A DNA stretch of 64,000 nucleotides from Thiobacillus sp. (GTDB lineage Bacteria > Pseudomonadota > Gammaproteobacteria > Burkholderiales > Thiobacillaceae). Positions 9,570-21,388 of this stretch are shown piece by piece; positions within the stretch are counted from its first letter, which is position 1; every line of letters begins with the position of its first letter. Location: the NCBI GenBank assembly GCA_049588075.1, contig JBAVFD010000065.1:1870-65869 (forward strand), read 5' to 3'. A program made the position numbers and the translations under genes. The notes under the pieces were generated by a model, which worked only from the letters and a program-made list of their open reading frames with translations, was not told the origin of the DNA and searched no databases.

Positions 9570-11168
9570 TCAGTGCCTTCCCGCAACCAGGTGAGTCACC
9601 GTGGGAAGCTCGCTGCCGAGATGAAACGCCCGCGTCCTGTCGATGACATCCCGATCCGCGACCGTGACCCGTTCATGCTGGCGCAAGTGCTCGATCCAGG
9701 ATTCGACCATGAAACATTCCACCCTGCGGCCCGGATCCTCGATGTCGTCGAACAGTTCCCACATGAAGGCGCCATCGCGGCGCCGGATCCGGCGCATTTG
9801 ATGCATGACCCGGGCGAACTCATCGGACCGTGCCGGATCGATGCGGTATTCCACCGTCACCATGACCGGCCCCCGGTCGATCTCGAGTTCATCGGCACCC
9901 ATCGGCGTCGGCCAGGTCATCGACGGCGAAAGATCATGGACGTCATGCTGCCCGATGCGGAATCGCCACGTTGCCGCGATTCCGCCCAGCGCGCCGACGG
10001 CTGCCAGCGTAAGGGCGTGAGGGATGCCAAGCCATGTGGCGACCTGCCCCCAGAGCGCGCTGCCTGCCGCCATGCCCCCCATGAACACGACCCAGAAGAG
10101 CGCCAGGCCGCGGGCCCGCACCCAGGCCGGCAGGGCGGTCTGGGCGGCGGTCATCAATGACGACACCACGCTGATCCAGGCCAGGCCCGTCACCAGCATG
10201 GCCGCCCCGGCCGCATATACGTTGCCGCTGTGGGCCAGCGCCAGCATGGCGATCGCGTAAAGCGCGGTCGCGCCTGCCACCATCCTGTCGCGCGATAAAC
10301 GGGCGTGCACACGAGGCAGCAGCAGCGCGCCGGCGATGGCGCCCAGTCCCATGCAGGCCAGGAACAGTCCATAGGTGCCGGGGCCGCTGTGCAGCTCTTG
10401 CCGGACGATGAGCGGCAACAAGGCCCACGAGGCGCTGGCGAACACAAAAAAGGCGACGCCCCGGGCGAGCACCGCCCTCAGTCCCGGCGAATGCCGCGCA
10501 TAGCGCAGGCCGGCGCGAACCGCGCCGGCGAGGCGTTCGGCCGGCAATTCGCTTTCCGTCGGCGCGCGCTGCCAGCGCTTGAGGGCGGCAATGACGGCCA
10601 GGAAAGACAAGGCATTCAGGATGAATACCATGCCCGACCCGGCAGCGGCAACGATCAACCCGGCCAGCGCCGGCCCGACGGAACGGGCGACGTTCATCCC
10701 CATGGTGTTCAGGCCGATGGCGGCCTGGAGCTCGGCGCGCTGGACCAGTTCCGGGGTGATCGCGCCCCATGCCGGCATCATCATGGCGGTGCCGATGCCG
10801 AGCGCGAAAGTCAGGATCAACAGGATCGGGGCGGTCGTCATCCCCGCGAGCGTCAGTGCGCCCAGCGTTGCCGCCGAGATCATCATCCAGACCTGGGAGG
10901 CAATCAGGTAGCGTCGTCTGTCGACAATATCGGCAAGTGCCCCTGCCGGCAGCGCCAGCAGAAACACCGGCGCCGTCGTGGCGGCCTGTACCAGCGCCAC
11001 CATCAGGGGGCTGGGGGCAAGCGAGGTCATGAGCCAGCCGGCGCCGACCTCGTGCATCCAGGAACCGATGTTCGAGACCACCGAAGCGATCCACAGCATG
11101 CGGAACACCCTGTGATGCAGGGGTGCCCAGGGGGAAAGGGAGGCGTGCCTTGGGTGGTCGGTGATCAC
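9570..11168 (-). CDS. MFS transporter (MFS_3/DUF894 type) with soluble C-terminal extension
   Basis: FRMLWIASVVSNIG, AGALADIVDRRR, about 12 TM segments, C-terminal GPVMVTVEYRI...EHLRQH.R domain. Confidence 0.88.
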   Translation of the reverse strand: MITDHPRHASLSPWAPLHHRVFRMLWIASVVSNIGSWMHEVGAGWLMTSLAPSPLMVALVQAATTAPVFLLALPAGALADIVDRRRYLIASQVWMMISAATLGALTLAGMTTAPILLILTFALGIGTAMMMPAWGAITPELVQRAELQAAIGLNTMGMNVARSVGPALAGLIVAAAGSGMVFILNALSFLAVIAALKRWQRAPTESELPAERLAGAVRAGLRYARHSPGLRAVLARGVAFFVFASASWALLPLIVRQELHSGPGTYGLFLACMGLGAIAGALLLPRVHARLSRDRMVAGATALYAIAMLALAHSGNVYAAGAAMLVTGLAWISVVSSLMTAAQTALPAWVRARGLALFWVVFMGGMAAGSALWGQVATWLGIPHALTLAAVGALGGIAATWRFRIGQHDVHDLSPSMTWPTPMGADELEIDRGPVMVTVEYRIDPARSDEFARVMHQMRRIRRRDGAFMWELFDDIEDPGRRVECFMVESWIEHLRQHERVTVADRDVIDRTRAFHLGSELPTVTHLVAGRH

Positions 11169-11183
11169 GATGGCGGTTCGACG

Positions 11184-11861
11184 TTATGCGCTGTTCAGCG
11201 CGTGTTTCCAGGTTCGGAGCGGAATGCAGGTCTGCAGACGATGCATGGCACGGTCGGCCAGCGCGGCATGGATTGCGTGACCGACCGATGAGGCGACGTC
11301 CAGCGTGGCGTCTCCATTCAGGCGGGATATCTTTTCATAGGCTGCATAGGCATGTTCGACCGGGATCACCGGGTCGTCTTTTCCATGCAGCAAATGCAAT
11401 GTCGTGAACTCGGGCGCCTTTTCGGGCAGCGTCGCAAAGCGGCCGGAAAACGCCAGGACCCGGCCGACGCCGCCATCGTGAGCGATGCTGAACTCCAGGG
11501 CCATGATTGCGCCCTGCGAGAAACCGACCAGCGCGGTGTCCGGCTGCAACACCTTGAAGCGATCCTGCGCCTGCCGCACCAGGGCATGCAGGGGCGGCAT
11601 GGCCGCGGCAATCCGCGCGGCCCGGTTTGCTTCGGTCACGCCGCTGATCGAAAACCACTGCCGGCCATCGCCGCCGCCGTCGAACGGTGAAAAGCCGTCC
11701 GGCAGCAGGAGCGCGGCAGCGGGAAAGGCCTCCCGCAGCTGGTGTGCAAATGGCAGCAGATCGGATGGGCTCGCGCCCACGCCGTGCAGCAAAATGAACA
11801 GCTGCTTGACCGGCAGGGTGTCGGGCAACAACTCGATCCCGCTCAAGCTTTCTTCAGCCAT
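11184..11861 (-). CDS. Alpha/beta-hydrolase esterase (YpfH-like phospholipase/carboxylesterase)
   Basis: LLHGVG, nucleophile elbow GFSQG, LHGKDDPVI and catalytic His in GHAI. Confidence 0.88.
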   Translation of the reverse strand: MAEESLSGIELLPDTLPVKQLFILLHGVGASPSDLLPFAHQLREAFPAAALLLPDGFSPFDGGGDGRQWFSISGVTEANRAARIAAAMPPLHALVRQAQDRFKVLQPDTALVGFSQGAIMALEFSIAHDGGVGRVLAFSGRFATLPEKAPEFTTLHLLHGKDDPVIPVEHAYAAYEKISRLNGDATLDVASSVGHAIHAALADRAMHRLQTCIPLRTWKHALNSA

Positions 11862-11950
11862 GCATCCTCTCCGGAGACGCGTGCCGTGTGACAACAAGCA
11901 TGTCGCTCAATTCAAATGGGCTTTTCATCACGTGACGGCTGTGCCGCTCA

Positions 11951-13048
11951 TCATTCCGGCTTGAACAGGTTTTTGAGCGCCTGCGGCTGCGAGCGCCAAT
12001 ATTGCTTCGGCGCATCGACCTGGGCGCCCAGCTTCGCTGCTGCGTGCCAGGGCCAGCGCGGGTCGTACAGCATGCCCCGGGCCAGCGCCACCATGTCCGC
12101 CTGCCCGGAGGCCACAATCGCTTCAGCCTGCTCCGGCTCGGTGATCAGGCCCACGGCAATCGTGGTCAAGCCGGTTTCGTGCCGGATGCGGTCGGCAAAA
12201 GGAACCTGATAGCCGGGCCCGACCGGAATCTGCTGCAAGGGAGACAGCCCGCCGCTCGATACGTCGATGAACGCGCAGCCCCGCCGCTGCAGTTCCCGGG
12301 TGAAAACGATGCTCTGCTCGAGATCCCATCCGCCGGCTACCCAGTCCGTCGCGGAAATCCGCGCGCCCACCGGCCTGTCTGCTGGCACGGCGTCGCGCAG
12401 GGCCTCGAACACTTCGAGCGGGAAGCGCATGCGGTTTTGCAGCGAGCCGCCGTACTGGTCGGTACGCACATTCGACAGGGGCGACAGGAATTGATGCAGC
12501 AGATAGCCATGCGCCGCGTGCAGTTCGATGACGTCGATGCCCAGCCGATGCGCACGTTGTGCTGCAGACACGAAATCGCTGCGGACGCGCTGCAGGCCCG
12601 CCTCGTCCAGCGCGACGGGTCGGGAGTCGTCTGCCGCGAAGGGCAGGGCGGAAGGGGCCAGGGTTTGCCAGCCGCCGTTCTGCGGCGCGATGGACTGACC
12701 GCCTGCCCACGGCACCTGGGTGGATGCCTTGCGCCCGGCATGCGCCAGCTGGATGGCGATGGGCATCGACGAATGACGCCGGACCGACTGCAGCACGTGC
12801 GCAAGCGCCGCCTCGGTCTCGTCGGACCACAAGCCAAGGTCACCCGGCGAGATGCGTCCTTCCGGCGAAACCGCCGTGGCCTCGATGAACAGCAGGCCGG
12901 CGCCGGACAAGGCCAGCTGGCCCAGGTGAATCAGATGCCAGTCGGATGCCAGTCCATTCTCGGCGGAGTACTGGCACATGGGCGAAATGACGATCCGGTT
13001 GCGCAACACCAGCTGGTCGAGGCGGATCGGAGAAAACAGTTTGCTCAC
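11951..13048 (-). CDS. NADH:flavin oxidoreductase, old yellow enzyme family (YqjM/NamA-like)
   Basis: SPMCQYSA, QLAHAGRKAS, HAAHGYL and D.YGGSLQNRMR motifs. Confidence 0.92.
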   Translation of the reverse strand: MSKLFSPIRLDQLVLRNRIVISPMCQYSAENGLASDWHLIHLGQLALSGAGLLFIEATAVSPEGRISPGDLGLWSDETEAALAHVLQSVRRHSSMPIAIQLAHAGRKASTQVPWAGGQSIAPQNGGWQTLAPSALPFAADDSRPVALDEAGLQRVRSDFVSAAQRAHRLGIDVIELHAAHGYLLHQFLSPLSNVRTDQYGGSLQNRMRFPLEVFEALRDAVPADRPVGARISATDWVAGGWDLEQSIVFTRELQRRGCAFIDVSSGGLSPLQQIPVGPGYQVPFADRIRHETGLTTIAVGLITEPEQAEAIVASGQADMVALARGMLYDPRWPWHAAAKLGAQVDAPKQYWRSQPQALKNLFKPE

Positions 13049-13388
13049 AGTGAACGGCTCCGGTTGATGGTTTCCATTATGCCGCCAAGCCCGGTCGAGT
13101 TCAGGTTACAGCAGCCGCAACTGCCACCCATCAGCGCCATCGGCAATGCGCCATGCGTGCGGCGGGGCGGAGGGGCTCGGGCAGCATGGCCTGGATCAAG
13201 TTGAAGCTCATGTCGCTCCCGAGAAATCCGAGTAACGCGGCATCAATCAAATCAACAAGTCAATCACCGTCAGGGCCTGCAAGGCATCAAGAGGCTGTTT
13301 CCCTTACTCAAGTCGTTTCCAATCAAAGTGCTAGAGCAAATTTCTTAACAACACATCAGGTTTGCAAGCAGAAATTCTGGCAACGCTG

Positions 13389-14093
13389 TCACGCATCGGG
13401 CAAAAAGCGGTAGCCCACACCGGATTCGGTGCGGATATGTCGAGGCAGGGTCGGGTTCTCCTCCAACTTGCGGCGAAGGCCCGTCATGTAGACGCGCAGG
13501 TAATGGGTATCCTCGGCGTGGCTGGGGCCCCAGACCTCCCGCAGCAGTTGTCGGTGCGTAAGGACCCGACCGGAGTTGGCGATGAGCATGGCGAGCAGCC
13601 TGTATTCGATGGGGGTGAGGTGGACCTCCGAGCCGCCGCGTGTAACCTGGCGACGAGCCAGATCCACCGTGACCTCGCTGAAGGTGACCAGTGGCCCTTC
13701 GTCGCCGGCCATGCGCGTGCGGCGCAGCAGCGCGCGCACGCGCGCCAGCAGTTCTGCCACGCCGAAGGGCTTGGTCAGGTAGTCGTCCGCCCCGGCGTCA
13801 AGTGCGGCTACCTTGTCTGTTTCGTCGACCCGCGCCGACAAAATGAGGATGGGAACGGCGGACCAGTTGCGCAGGTCGCGCACCACGTCGACGCCGTCCC
13901 GATCCGGCAGACCCAGGTCGAGAATGACCAGGTCTGGCTTGCGCGTACCGGCCTCAATCAGTCCCCGCTCTCCCGTGGCGGCCTCCACCACATGGCAGCC
14001 TTCGGCTTCCAGCGCAGTACGGACGAAGCGGCGGATCTGAGGCTCGTCCTCAATGACGACCACTGTGAAGGAAGCAGCGTGCGGGGTTTCCAT
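13389..14093 (-). CDS. kdpE: Response regulator KdpE
   Basis: Receiver domain (IEDE, LDLGLPD, GADDYLTKPF) plus OmpR wHTH (YLRVYM..LRRKLE); downstream of kdpD. Confidence 0.95.
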   Translation of the reverse strand: METPHAASFTVVVIEDEPQIRRFVRTALEAEGCHVVEAATGERGLIEAGTRKPDLVILDLGLPDRDGVDVVRDLRNWSAVPILILSARVDETDKVAALDAGADDYLTKPFGVAELLARVRALLRRTRMAGDEGPLVTFSEVTVDLARRQVTRGGSEVHLTPIEYRLLAMLIANSGRVLTHRQLLREVWGPSHAEDTHYLRVYMTGLRRKLEENPTLPRHIRTESGVGYRFLPDA

Positions 14094-14097
14094 CGGT

Positions 14098-16806
14098 TCA
14101 GGTCTCCGGGGGAACGACGGGCGGCTTGCCGGCAGGCAGGGTGATGACAAAGCGGGCGCCGCCTTCCGGTCGATTCTCCCCCCTGACCGTACCCTTGTGC
14201 GCCTCGACAATGGCACGAACGATGGCAAGGCCGAGGCCGACGCCCGCCACGGCGGACTCATCCTGGCCACGGGTGAATTTCTCGAACAGCTTGTCCTCGC
14301 GGCCGGGTGGCAGTCCCGGCCCGTTGTCGGCCACGGTGATGGTGACGCGATCACCTTCATTGTGAGCGCCGATCTCGATGCGGCTGCCGGGCGGCGTGTA
14401 TTTCGCAGCGTTCTCCAGCAGGTTGCAGAACACCCGTTCCATCAGCACGCTATCGAACTCCAGCAGCGGCAGGTCCGCCGGCAGGTCGACGACCACCTCG
14501 TGCCGAGCCAGCGGAATGGCCAGGGTCTGCAGTGACGCGCCTACCACTTCTTCCAGCGGCTGCCATTCCCGCTTGAGTTGCACCTGGCCCTCCTGCAGGC
14601 GCGCCATGTCAAGCAGGTTGCTCACCAGAATGCTGGTGCGCAGGGACTCGGCGCGGATCGCCTGGGCGATCTCGGCCTGTGCTTCGGGCAAGGGCGGGCC
14701 GGCCAGCGGCAGCGAGTCGGCCAGCCCCGCCAGCACGGTCAGCGGCGTGCGCAGATCGTGCGAGAGCGCGGACAACAGGCCGTTGCGCAGGCGCTCGGAT
14801 TCCATCCGCAGCAGGGCGTCCTGCGCCACTTCCACGAAATGCACCCGCTCCAGGGCCAGCGCGATCTGGGCGGCGAAGGTTTCCAGCAGTCGGGCCTGTT
14901 CGGGCTGGAACAGCAGCCGTTTCTGGCTGGGCAGCAGTGCCAGCACCCCCCGGGTGCGCATCGGGGCTTTCAGCGGCAGATAGTACATGGGGGCGCCTGG
15001 CAGGCTCTGGGTCCCCATTCCGGCGGGCTGCTGGTGGTCGTAGACCCACTGGGCGATGGCCGTATCCAGCGGCAGTTCCGTGTGTCCGGGCAAGGGTGTC
15101 GGAGGATGCAGTTTATCCTGCGCGTCCGGCAGCAGGATGCATACCTGGGACTGGAACAAGCCTTCCAGATGGTGCCGGGAGATGTCCACGATATTTTCCG
15201 GCAGTAGCGCCCCCGCCAGCTCGCGGCCCAGTTCGTTGAGCGCACGGGTACGGCGCTCGCGATACATCGCGATGCGCGCCTGATAGCGCATGCCGGCGGC
15301 TACGTTGCTGATGGTCAGCGCCGCCGCCAGCATGATGGCGAAAGTCAACAGGTGGCGGGTGTTGGCCACGCTGAGGGAAAAACTTGGCGGGACAAAGAAG
15401 AAGTCGAACATCAGCACGGAGAGGAAGGAGACCAGGACGGCCGGCCCACGCCCGTAGCGGACCGCCACCACGACCACCCCCAGCAGATAGAGCATGATGA
15501 TGTTGGCCAGATCGAACCAGGGACTGACCACCTGGGCAAACAGGGTGGCGAGGGTGCAGGCCACCCCAGCCCACGCATAGCCGAGCCACCTGGCCTTGGG
15601 GGCAGGCTCCAGGTCCAGGATGAAAGGCGCCGAGTTCGCCTTGCCGGGGGACGGAGCCTCCGACTCGTGTGCCACCACGTAGACATCCACATCGTCCCCG
15701 AGGGCGGAGAGGCGGTCCGACAGGGGCGCGCGCAGCATCCGCGACAACCCGGTACGCAAACTCTTGCCCACCACCAGTTTCGACACGTTGCGGGTGACGG
15801 CATAAGCCAGCAGCGTCTGTGCGTCCTCCTGGCCGGCGAGGGTGGCAGTCTCGGCACCCAGTTCCCGGGCCAGGGCAAGGGTCTTGAGAATCTTGTCGCG
15901 GTTGGCCTCGGACAGGCGCTGCAGCTTCGGCGTTTCGACGTAGACGGCGATCCAGTCGGCGCGAAGGTCCCCCGCCAGCCTGGCAGCGGCGCGCACCAAC
16001 CTGTCGCCGCCGGCCCCCGGGCCGATGCAGGCCAGCAGGCGCTCCTTCGCCTGCCACACCGTTTCGATGGCCTGGTCGGCGCGGTACTCGCGCATCTGTG
16101 CGTCCACCCGGTCGGCGGTGCGGCGCAAGGCCAGTTCGCGCAGGGCGATCAGGTTGCCCTTGCGGAAGAAGTTGCGGATGGCCCGTTCTGCCTGCTGAGG
16201 GAGATAGACCTTGCCTTCCTTCATGCGCTGAATGAGTTCGTCCGGGGTCAGGTCCACCAGGGCCACTTCGCCTGCGTGCTCGAACACACGGTCCGGCAGG
16301 GTCTCACGTACCTGGATGCCCGTGATGCCGCCAACGATGTCGTTGAGGCTTTCCAGATGCTGCACATTTACCGTCGTCCAGACGTCGATACCGGCGGCCA
16401 ACAGTTCCTCGACGTCCTGCCAGCGTTTGGGGTGACGCGACCCGGGCACGTTGGAATGAGCCAGTTCGTCCACCAGGATTAGGGCGGGTTTGCGGGCGAG
16501 CGCCGCATCCAGGTCGAACTCGCGGAGGTCTCGACCCTGGTAGGACACGAGCTTGGGCGGCAGCACCTCCAGGCCTTCCAGCAGTTGGGCCGTTTCGGGA
16601 CGTCCGTGCGTTTCCACCAGCCCCACCACCACCTCGGTCCCCTGAGTTTGCAGGGCCCGCGCCGCGCTCAACATGGCGTAGGTCTTGCCCACGCCTGGAC
16701 AGGCGCCGAAAAAGACCTTCAACTTGCCCCTCTGTGCGCGTTCGGCATCGGCCTCGATGCGGGCGAGGAGGGCATCCGGATCAGGGCGGGTATCGGTATC
16801 GGCCAT
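14098..16806 (-). CDS. kdpD: Sensor histidine kinase KdpD
   Basis: GKLKVFFGACPGVGKTYAML, DELAHSN, Usp domain, 4 TM segments, GAF domain and SHDLRTPL kinase core. Confidence 0.97.
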   Translation of the reverse strand: MADTDTRPDPDALLARIEADAERAQRGKLKVFFGACPGVGKTYAMLSAARALQTQGTEVVVGLVETHGRPETAQLLEGLEVLPPKLVSYQGRDLREFDLDAALARKPALILVDELAHSNVPGSRHPKRWQDVEELLAAGIDVWTTVNVQHLESLNDIVGGITGIQVRETLPDRVFEHAGEVALVDLTPDELIQRMKEGKVYLPQQAERAIRNFFRKGNLIALRELALRRTADRVDAQMREYRADQAIETVWQAKERLLACIGPGAGGDRLVRAAARLAGDLRADWIAVYVETPKLQRLSEANRDKILKTLALARELGAETATLAGQEDAQTLLAYAVTRNVSKLVVGKSLRTGLSRMLRAPLSDRLSALGDDVDVYVVAHESEAPSPGKANSAPFILDLEPAPKARWLGYAWAGVACTLATLFAQVVSPWFDLANIIMLYLLGVVVVAVRYGRGPAVLVSFLSVLMFDFFFVPPSFSLSVANTRHLLTFAIMLAAALTISNVAAGMRYQARIAMYRERRTRALNELGRELAGALLPENIVDISRHHLEGLFQSQVCILLPDAQDKLHPPTPLPGHTELPLDTAIAQWVYDHQQPAGMGTQSLPGAPMYYLPLKAPMRTRGVLALLPSQKRLLFQPEQARLLETFAAQIALALERVHFVEVAQDALLRMESERLRNGLLSALSHDLRTPLTVLAGLADSLPLAGPPLPEAQAEIAQAIRAESLRTSILVSNLLDMARLQEGQVQLKREWQPLEEVVGASLQTLAIPLARHEVVVDLPADLPLLEFDSVLMERVFCNLLENAAKYTPPGSRIEIGAHNEGDRVTITVADNGPGLPPGREDKLFEKFTRGQDESAVAGVGLGLAIVRAIVEAHKGTVRGENRPEGGARFVITLPAGKPPVVPPET

Positions 16807-16815
16807 GACAACAGT

Positions 16816-17394
16816 TTACGGCTTGCCAAGCCGATCCAGCGCCAGATTCAGCGTCAGCACGTTAACCCGCGGCTCGCCAAAGAGGCCGAACTGGCGGCCC
16901 TCGGTGTGGGCGTCAATGAGCTTCGCCACCCCGGCTTCGCTGAGGCCGTGTAGACGGGCGATGCGGGGCGCCTGCCATCGGGCGGCGGCGGGGCTGATGT
17001 GGGGATCGAGGCCGCTGCCCGAAGCGGTGACCAGGTCCACCGGGATCGGCGCGGCCTGACTCGGGTCCGAAGCCTTGAGCGCCGCGATGCGGGTCTTGAC
17101 CGCTTCTTCCAGCGCCGGGTTCAACGGGCCCAGGTTGGAGCCGCTGGAGGCGCCGGCGTTGTAGGGCATCGGGCCGGTGGCCGACGGGCGGCTCCAGAAG
17201 TGCTTCAGGTCGGAGAACGGCTGTCCGATCAGGGTCGAGCCGACGACCTTGCCGTCCTGCTCGATCAGGCTGCCGTTCGCCTGATCGGGAAACAGGCCTT
17301 GGGCGATGCCGGTGACCAGCAGGGGATAGATGCCGCCGGTGAGCACTGTGAGCAGGGCGAGCATGAGCAGCGCGGGTTTGAGTTCTTTCAACAT
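16816..17394 (-). CDS. kdpC: K+-transporting ATPase subunit C
   Basis: [27 protein letters not shown] and [14 protein letters not shown] motifs. Confidence 0.97.
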   Translation of the reverse strand: MLKELKPALLMLALLTVLTGGIYPLLVTGIAQGLFPDQANGSLIEQDGKVVGSTLIGQPFSDLKHFWSRPSATGPMPYNAGASSGSNLGPLNPALEEAVKTRIAALKASDPSQAAPIPVDLVTASGSGLDPHISPAAARWQAPRIARLHGLSEAGVAKLIDAHTEGRQFGLFGEPRVNVLTLNLALDRLGKP

Positions 17395-17404
17395 GGTGTG
17401 CTCC

Positions 17405-19480
17405 TTATGCGAGGTTCAAGCCGACCAGAATCAGGTCGATGGCCTTGATGCCAATGAACGGAACGATGAGGCCGCCCAGGCCGTAGACCAGCAGGTTGCG
17501 TTGCAGGATGGCCTCGGCGCCGAGCGGGCGGTATTTGACGCCCTTCAGCGCCAGCGGAATCAGGGCGACGATGATCAGCGCATTGAAAATCACCGCCGAC
17601 AGGATCGCGCTGGCGGGCGTGGCCAGCCCCATCACATTGAGTGCGTTCAGCGCCGGATAGGTGGTGGCGAAGGCGGCCGGGATGATGGCGAAATACTTGG
17701 CGATGTCGTTGGCGATCGAGAAGGTCGTCAGCGAGCCGCGCGTCATCAGCATCTGTTTGCCGGTTTCCACCACCTCGATCAGCTTGGTCGGGTTGGAGTC
17801 CAGATCGACCATGTTGCCGGCCTCCTTGGCAGCCTGTGTGCCGGTGTTCATCGCCACCGCGACGTCGGCCTGCGCCAGCGCTGGCGCGTCGTTGGTGCCG
17901 TCGCCGGTCATTGCCACCAGCCGGCCTTCGGCCTGGTATTCGCGGATCATCTTCAGCTTGGCCTCCGGCGTCGCCTCGGCGAGGAAGTCGTCTACTCCGG
18001 CCTCGGCGGCGATGGCGGCGGCGGTCAGGCGATTGTCGCCGGTGATCATCACCGTCTTGATGCCCATGCGGCGCAGCTCGGCGAAACGCTCCTTGATGCC
18101 ACCCTTGACGATGTCTTTCAGCTCCACCACACCCAGCACGCGGGCGTGGCCGTTAGCCGCATCGGCCACCACCAGCGGGGTAGCGCCGCGCCTGGCAACC
18201 TGCTCGACGAGGCCTTCCACCTCGGGCGGAAAGTGGCTGCCCTTTTCAGCGACCCAGGCGCGGATCGCGTTGCCCGCACCCTTGCGAATTTCGCGGCCAT
18301 CGAGGTCGACGCCACTCATGCGGGTAAGCGCGGAGAAGTGGATGAAGCTCGCGCCCAGCTCCTGCACGTCGCGCCCGCGCAGGTTGAATTTCTGCTTGGC
18401 CAGCACCACGATGCTGCGGCCTTCCGGGGTCTCATCGGCCAGCGAAGCGAGTTGGGCAGCGTCGGCCAGTTCCTGCTCGGTCACTCCGGAGGCATGCAGG
18501 AAGGCGCTGGCCTGGCGATTGCCCAGTGTGATGGTGCCGGTCTTGTCCATCAGCAGCACGTCGACGTCGCCCGCCGCTTCCACTGCGCGGCCCGAGGTGG
18601 CGATGACATTCTTCGCCATCATGCGTCCCATGCCGGCCACGCCGATGGCGGAGAGCAGACCGCCGATGGTGGTGGGGATCAGGCAGACCAGCAGCGCGAC
18701 CAGCACGGTGACGCTGACTGGCGATCCACTGCCCGCTGCTTGCACGCTGAATAGCGAGAACGGCAGCAGCGTCGCGGTGGCCAGCAGGAACACCATGGTC
18801 AGCGCCACCAGCAAGATGGTCAGCGCGATCTCGTTGGGGGTCTTCTGGCGTTTGGCGCCCTCCACCATATTGATCATGCGATCGAGAAAAGTCTCGCCGG
18901 GATTGACGGTAATCTTCACCACCAGCCAGTCGGACAGCACCCGGGTGCCGCCGGTGACAGCGGAGAAGTCGCCGCCCGCCTCGCGGATCACTGGGGCCGA
19001 TTCGCCGGTAATAGCTGACTCGTCGACCGAAGCCACGCCCTCGATCACTTCGCCGTCGCCTGGCAGGATTTCGCCGGCGGTAACCAGCACCACGTCGCCC
19101 TTGCGCAACTCCTCCGAGTTGACCACATGGGTGGCGGCATCGTGGTGCGGTTCCTTCAGCTTCTTGGCCAGCACCGCCTTGCGCATGCCTTTCAGTGCTG
19201 CCGCCTGAGCCTTGCCACGTCCTTCCGCCATGGCTTCGGCGAAGTTGGCGAACAGCACTGTGAACCACAGCCAAAGGGAGATGGCGAGAATGAAGCCGGC
19301 TGGCGCTTCGCCCTGGCCGGCCAGCGCCTGGACGAACAGGCCGCTGGTGAGCAGGCTGCCCAGCCACACCACGAACATCACCGGGTTCTTCAGCTGATGT
19401 CGAGGCGACAGGCGTTTTACCGCATCCCAGGCCGCCGTTTTGATGAGGGCGGCGTCGTACAGGGTTTGAGTCTTGTGCAT
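17405..19480 (-). CDS. kdpB: K+-transporting P-type ATPase subunit B
   Basis: [23 protein letters not shown] phosphorylation site and [10 protein letters not shown]. Confidence 0.98.
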   Translation of the reverse strand: MHKTQTLYDAALIKTAAWDAVKRLSPRHQLKNPVMFVVWLGSLLTSGLFVQALAGQGEAPAGFILAISLWLWFTVLFANFAEAMAEGRGKAQAAALKGMRKAVLAKKLKEPHHDAATHVVNSEELRKGDVVLVTAGEILPGDGEVIEGVASVDESAITGESAPVIREAGGDFSAVTGGTRVLSDWLVVKITVNPGETFLDRMINMVEGAKRQKTPNEIALTILLVALTMVFLLATATLLPFSLFSVQAAGSGSPVSVTVLVALLVCLIPTTIGGLLSAIGVAGMGRMMAKNVIATSGRAVEAAGDVDVLLMDKTGTITLGNRQASAFLHASGVTEQELADAAQLASLADETPEGRSIVVLAKQKFNLRGRDVQELGASFIHFSALTRMSGVDLDGREIRKGAGNAIRAWVAEKGSHFPPEVEGLVEQVARRGATPLVVADAANGHARVLGVVELKDIVKGGIKERFAELRRMGIKTVMITGDNRLTAAAIAAEAGVDDFLAEATPEAKLKMIREYQAEGRLVAMTGDGTNDAPALAQADVAVAMNTGTQAAKEAGNMVDLDSNPTKLIEVVETGKQMLMTRGSLTTFSIANDIAKYFAIIPAAFATTYPALNALNVMGLATPASAILSAVIFNALIIVALIPLALKGVKYRPLGAEAILQRNLLVYGLGGLIVPFIGIKAIDLILVGLNLA

Positions 19481-19490
19481 GGTGATTCCT

Positions 19491-21299
19491 TTATTTCACG
19501 CCGATCATTTGCAGGTGTTCGGCCACCGGCCCCAGCGCCAGCGCAGGGACGAAGGTGAGCGCGCCGACAACGATCACGGTGCCGATCAGCAGCAGCACGA
19601 ACAGCGGGGTATGGGTGGGCAGGGTGCCCTTTGATGCCGGCACGATCTTCTTGGCGGCCAGCGAGCCGGCGATGGCCAGCACCGGGATCGCCAGCCAATA
19701 GCGCGCCAGCAGCATGGCAAAGCCCAGCAGGGTGTTGTAGAAGGGCGTGTTGGCCGTTAGTCCGCCAAACGCGCTGCCGTTGTTGTTGCCGGCCGAAGAC
19801 AGGGCGTAGAGGATCTCCGAGAAGCCGTGCGCACCCGGATTGAGGATGCCGGCGCGGCCGATGTCCAGACTCACGGCCAGGGCCGCGCCCACCAGCACCA
19901 CCAGCGGCGGCACCAGGATGGCGACCGCAGCCATCTTCACCTCGAAGGCCTCGATCTTCTTGCCCAGGTACTCGGGCGTGCGGCCGATCATCAGCCCGGC
20001 GACGAACACGCCGATGAGGGCGAACACCAGCATGCCGTACAGGCCCGAACCGACGCCACCGTAGATCACCTCGCCCAATTGCATCAGCCACATCGGCACC
20101 ATGCCGCCGATGGGAGTGAAGGAATCGTGCATGGCGTTCACCGAGCCGTTGGAGGCGGCGGTGGTAGCGGTGGCCCAGAGGGCGGAGTTGGCGATGCCGA
20201 AGCGGGTCTCCTTGCCTTCCATGTTGCCGCCGGCCTGGATGTCGGAAGCCTGCGTGGCGAGGCCGAGGCGCTCGAACAGCGGATTGCCCGATTGCTCGGC
20301 GATCGCCGCCACCGCCAGCAGGGCGGTGAATACCACCGTCATCGCAGCGAGGATGGCGCCGCCCTGGCGCATGTCGCCGACGAAGCGGCCGAAGGAGAAG
20401 CACAGCGCAGCCGGGATGAGCAGGATGGCCAGCAGTTCGAGGAAATTGGCGAGCGGCGTCGGGTTTTCCAACGGGTGCGCGGAGTTGACGTTGAAGAAGC
20501 CGCCGCCGTTGGTGCCGAGTTGCTTGATGGCGATCTGCGAAGCGGCCGGGCCGACAGCGATGGTCTGCTCCGTGGCGGCAACCTGTTCCATCACCGGCTT
20601 GCCCTGTGCACCCACGACAGGCTCACCATCGGCGCCGGTCTTCGGCTGCTCGTACGTCACCGATTCGACCAGTTGCGCCTTCTGAAAGGGCGAGAAAGTC
20701 TGCACCACGCCCTGGCTGACCAGCGCCAGCGACAGGACAAGTGATAGCGGCAGCAGGATGTAGAGCGTGGAGCGCACCATGTCGACCCAGAAGTTGCCCA
20801 CACCGCTGGCTTCCCTGCGCGTGAAACCGCGCATCAGGGCCACCAGTACGGCCATGCCGGAGGCAGCGGAAACGAAGTTCTGCACTGTCAGCCCGGCCAT
20901 CTGGGTCAGATAGCTCAGGGTCGTCTCACCGCCATAGCTCTGCCAGTTGGTGTTGGTGGCGAAGCTCACCGCCGTGTTGAAGGCGAGATCGGCCGTGGTG
21001 TTGGCCAGCCCCTCGGGGTTGAGCGGCAGCCAGACCTGCAGACGCTGCAGGGCGTAGACGACCAGGAAGCCCATCAGGTTGAAGGCCAGCATCGCGAAGG
21101 CGTAGCGGGTCCAAGGCATGTCGTCGCCCGGCTTCACCCCGCAGACACGATAGAAGCCGTTTTCAGCCGGCTTGAGCCAGCGTACGAAACCAGGCAGCTC
21201 GTCCTGATAAATGCGGGCCATGTAGACGCCCAGCGGCCATGCCAGGCCGATCAGGGCGATCAGATACAGACCCAATTGCAGGTAGCCGTTGGCAGTCAT
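19491..21299 (-). CDS. kdpA: K+-transporting ATPase subunit A
   Basis: [31 protein letters not shown] and NNGSAFGGL selectivity-loop motifs; start ATG 21299. Confidence 0.97.
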   Translation of the reverse strand: MTANGYLQLGLYLIALIGLAWPLGVYMARIYQDELPGFVRWLKPAENGFYRVCGVKPGDDMPWTRYAFAMLAFNLMGFLVVYALQRLQVWLPLNPEGLANTTADLAFNTAVSFATNTNWQSYGGETTLSYLTQMAGLTVQNFVSAASGMAVLVALMRGFTRREASGVGNFWVDMVRSTLYILLPLSLVLSLALVSQGVVQTFSPFQKAQLVESVTYEQPKTGADGEPVVGAQGKPVMEQVAATEQTIAVGPAASQIAIKQLGTNGGGFFNVNSAHPLENPTPLANFLELLAILLIPAALCFSFGRFVGDMRQGGAILAAMTVVFTALLAVAAIAEQSGNPLFERLGLATQASDIQAGGNMEGKETRFGIANSALWATATTAASNGSVNAMHDSFTPIGGMVPMWLMQLGEVIYGGVGSGLYGMLVFALIGVFVAGLMIGRTPEYLGKKIEAFEVKMAAVAILVPPLVVLVGAALAVSLDIGRAGILNPGAHGFSEILYALSSAGNNNGSAFGGLTANTPFYNTLLGFAMLLARYWLAIPVLAIAGSLAAKKIVPASKGTLPTHTPLFVLLLIGTVIVVGALTFVPALALGPVAEHLQMIGVK

Positions 21300-21388
21300 G
21301 AAAAGTCCTCCGGGTAGAACAGCACGGCCAGCAGGTAGGCAAAAATGCCCACTGCGGCGATCAGGGCGATCAGATAGAGGGTATTCAT
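21296..21388 (-). CDS. kdpF: KdpF small membrane subunit (not in the ORF track)
   Basis: [30 protein letters not shown], with the KdpF-type YL..L..PE.F C-terminus; its stop overlaps the kdpA start (ATGA). Confidence 0.9.
   Translation of the reverse strand: MNTLYLIALIAAVGIFAYLLAVLFYPEDFS

Noticed and set aside
13280..13345. GAGGCTGTTTC and CTAGAGCAAATTTC as possible IS ends
   Set aside because: No matching inverted repeat and no transposase remnant nearby.
4343..20744. Many long antisense or alternative-frame ORFs (e.g. 6036-8399 N-terminal part, 6921-8492, 12002-13204, 17330-18754, 17661-19208)
   Set aside because: They are shadows of well-supported genes in GC-rich DNA and carry no family motifs.
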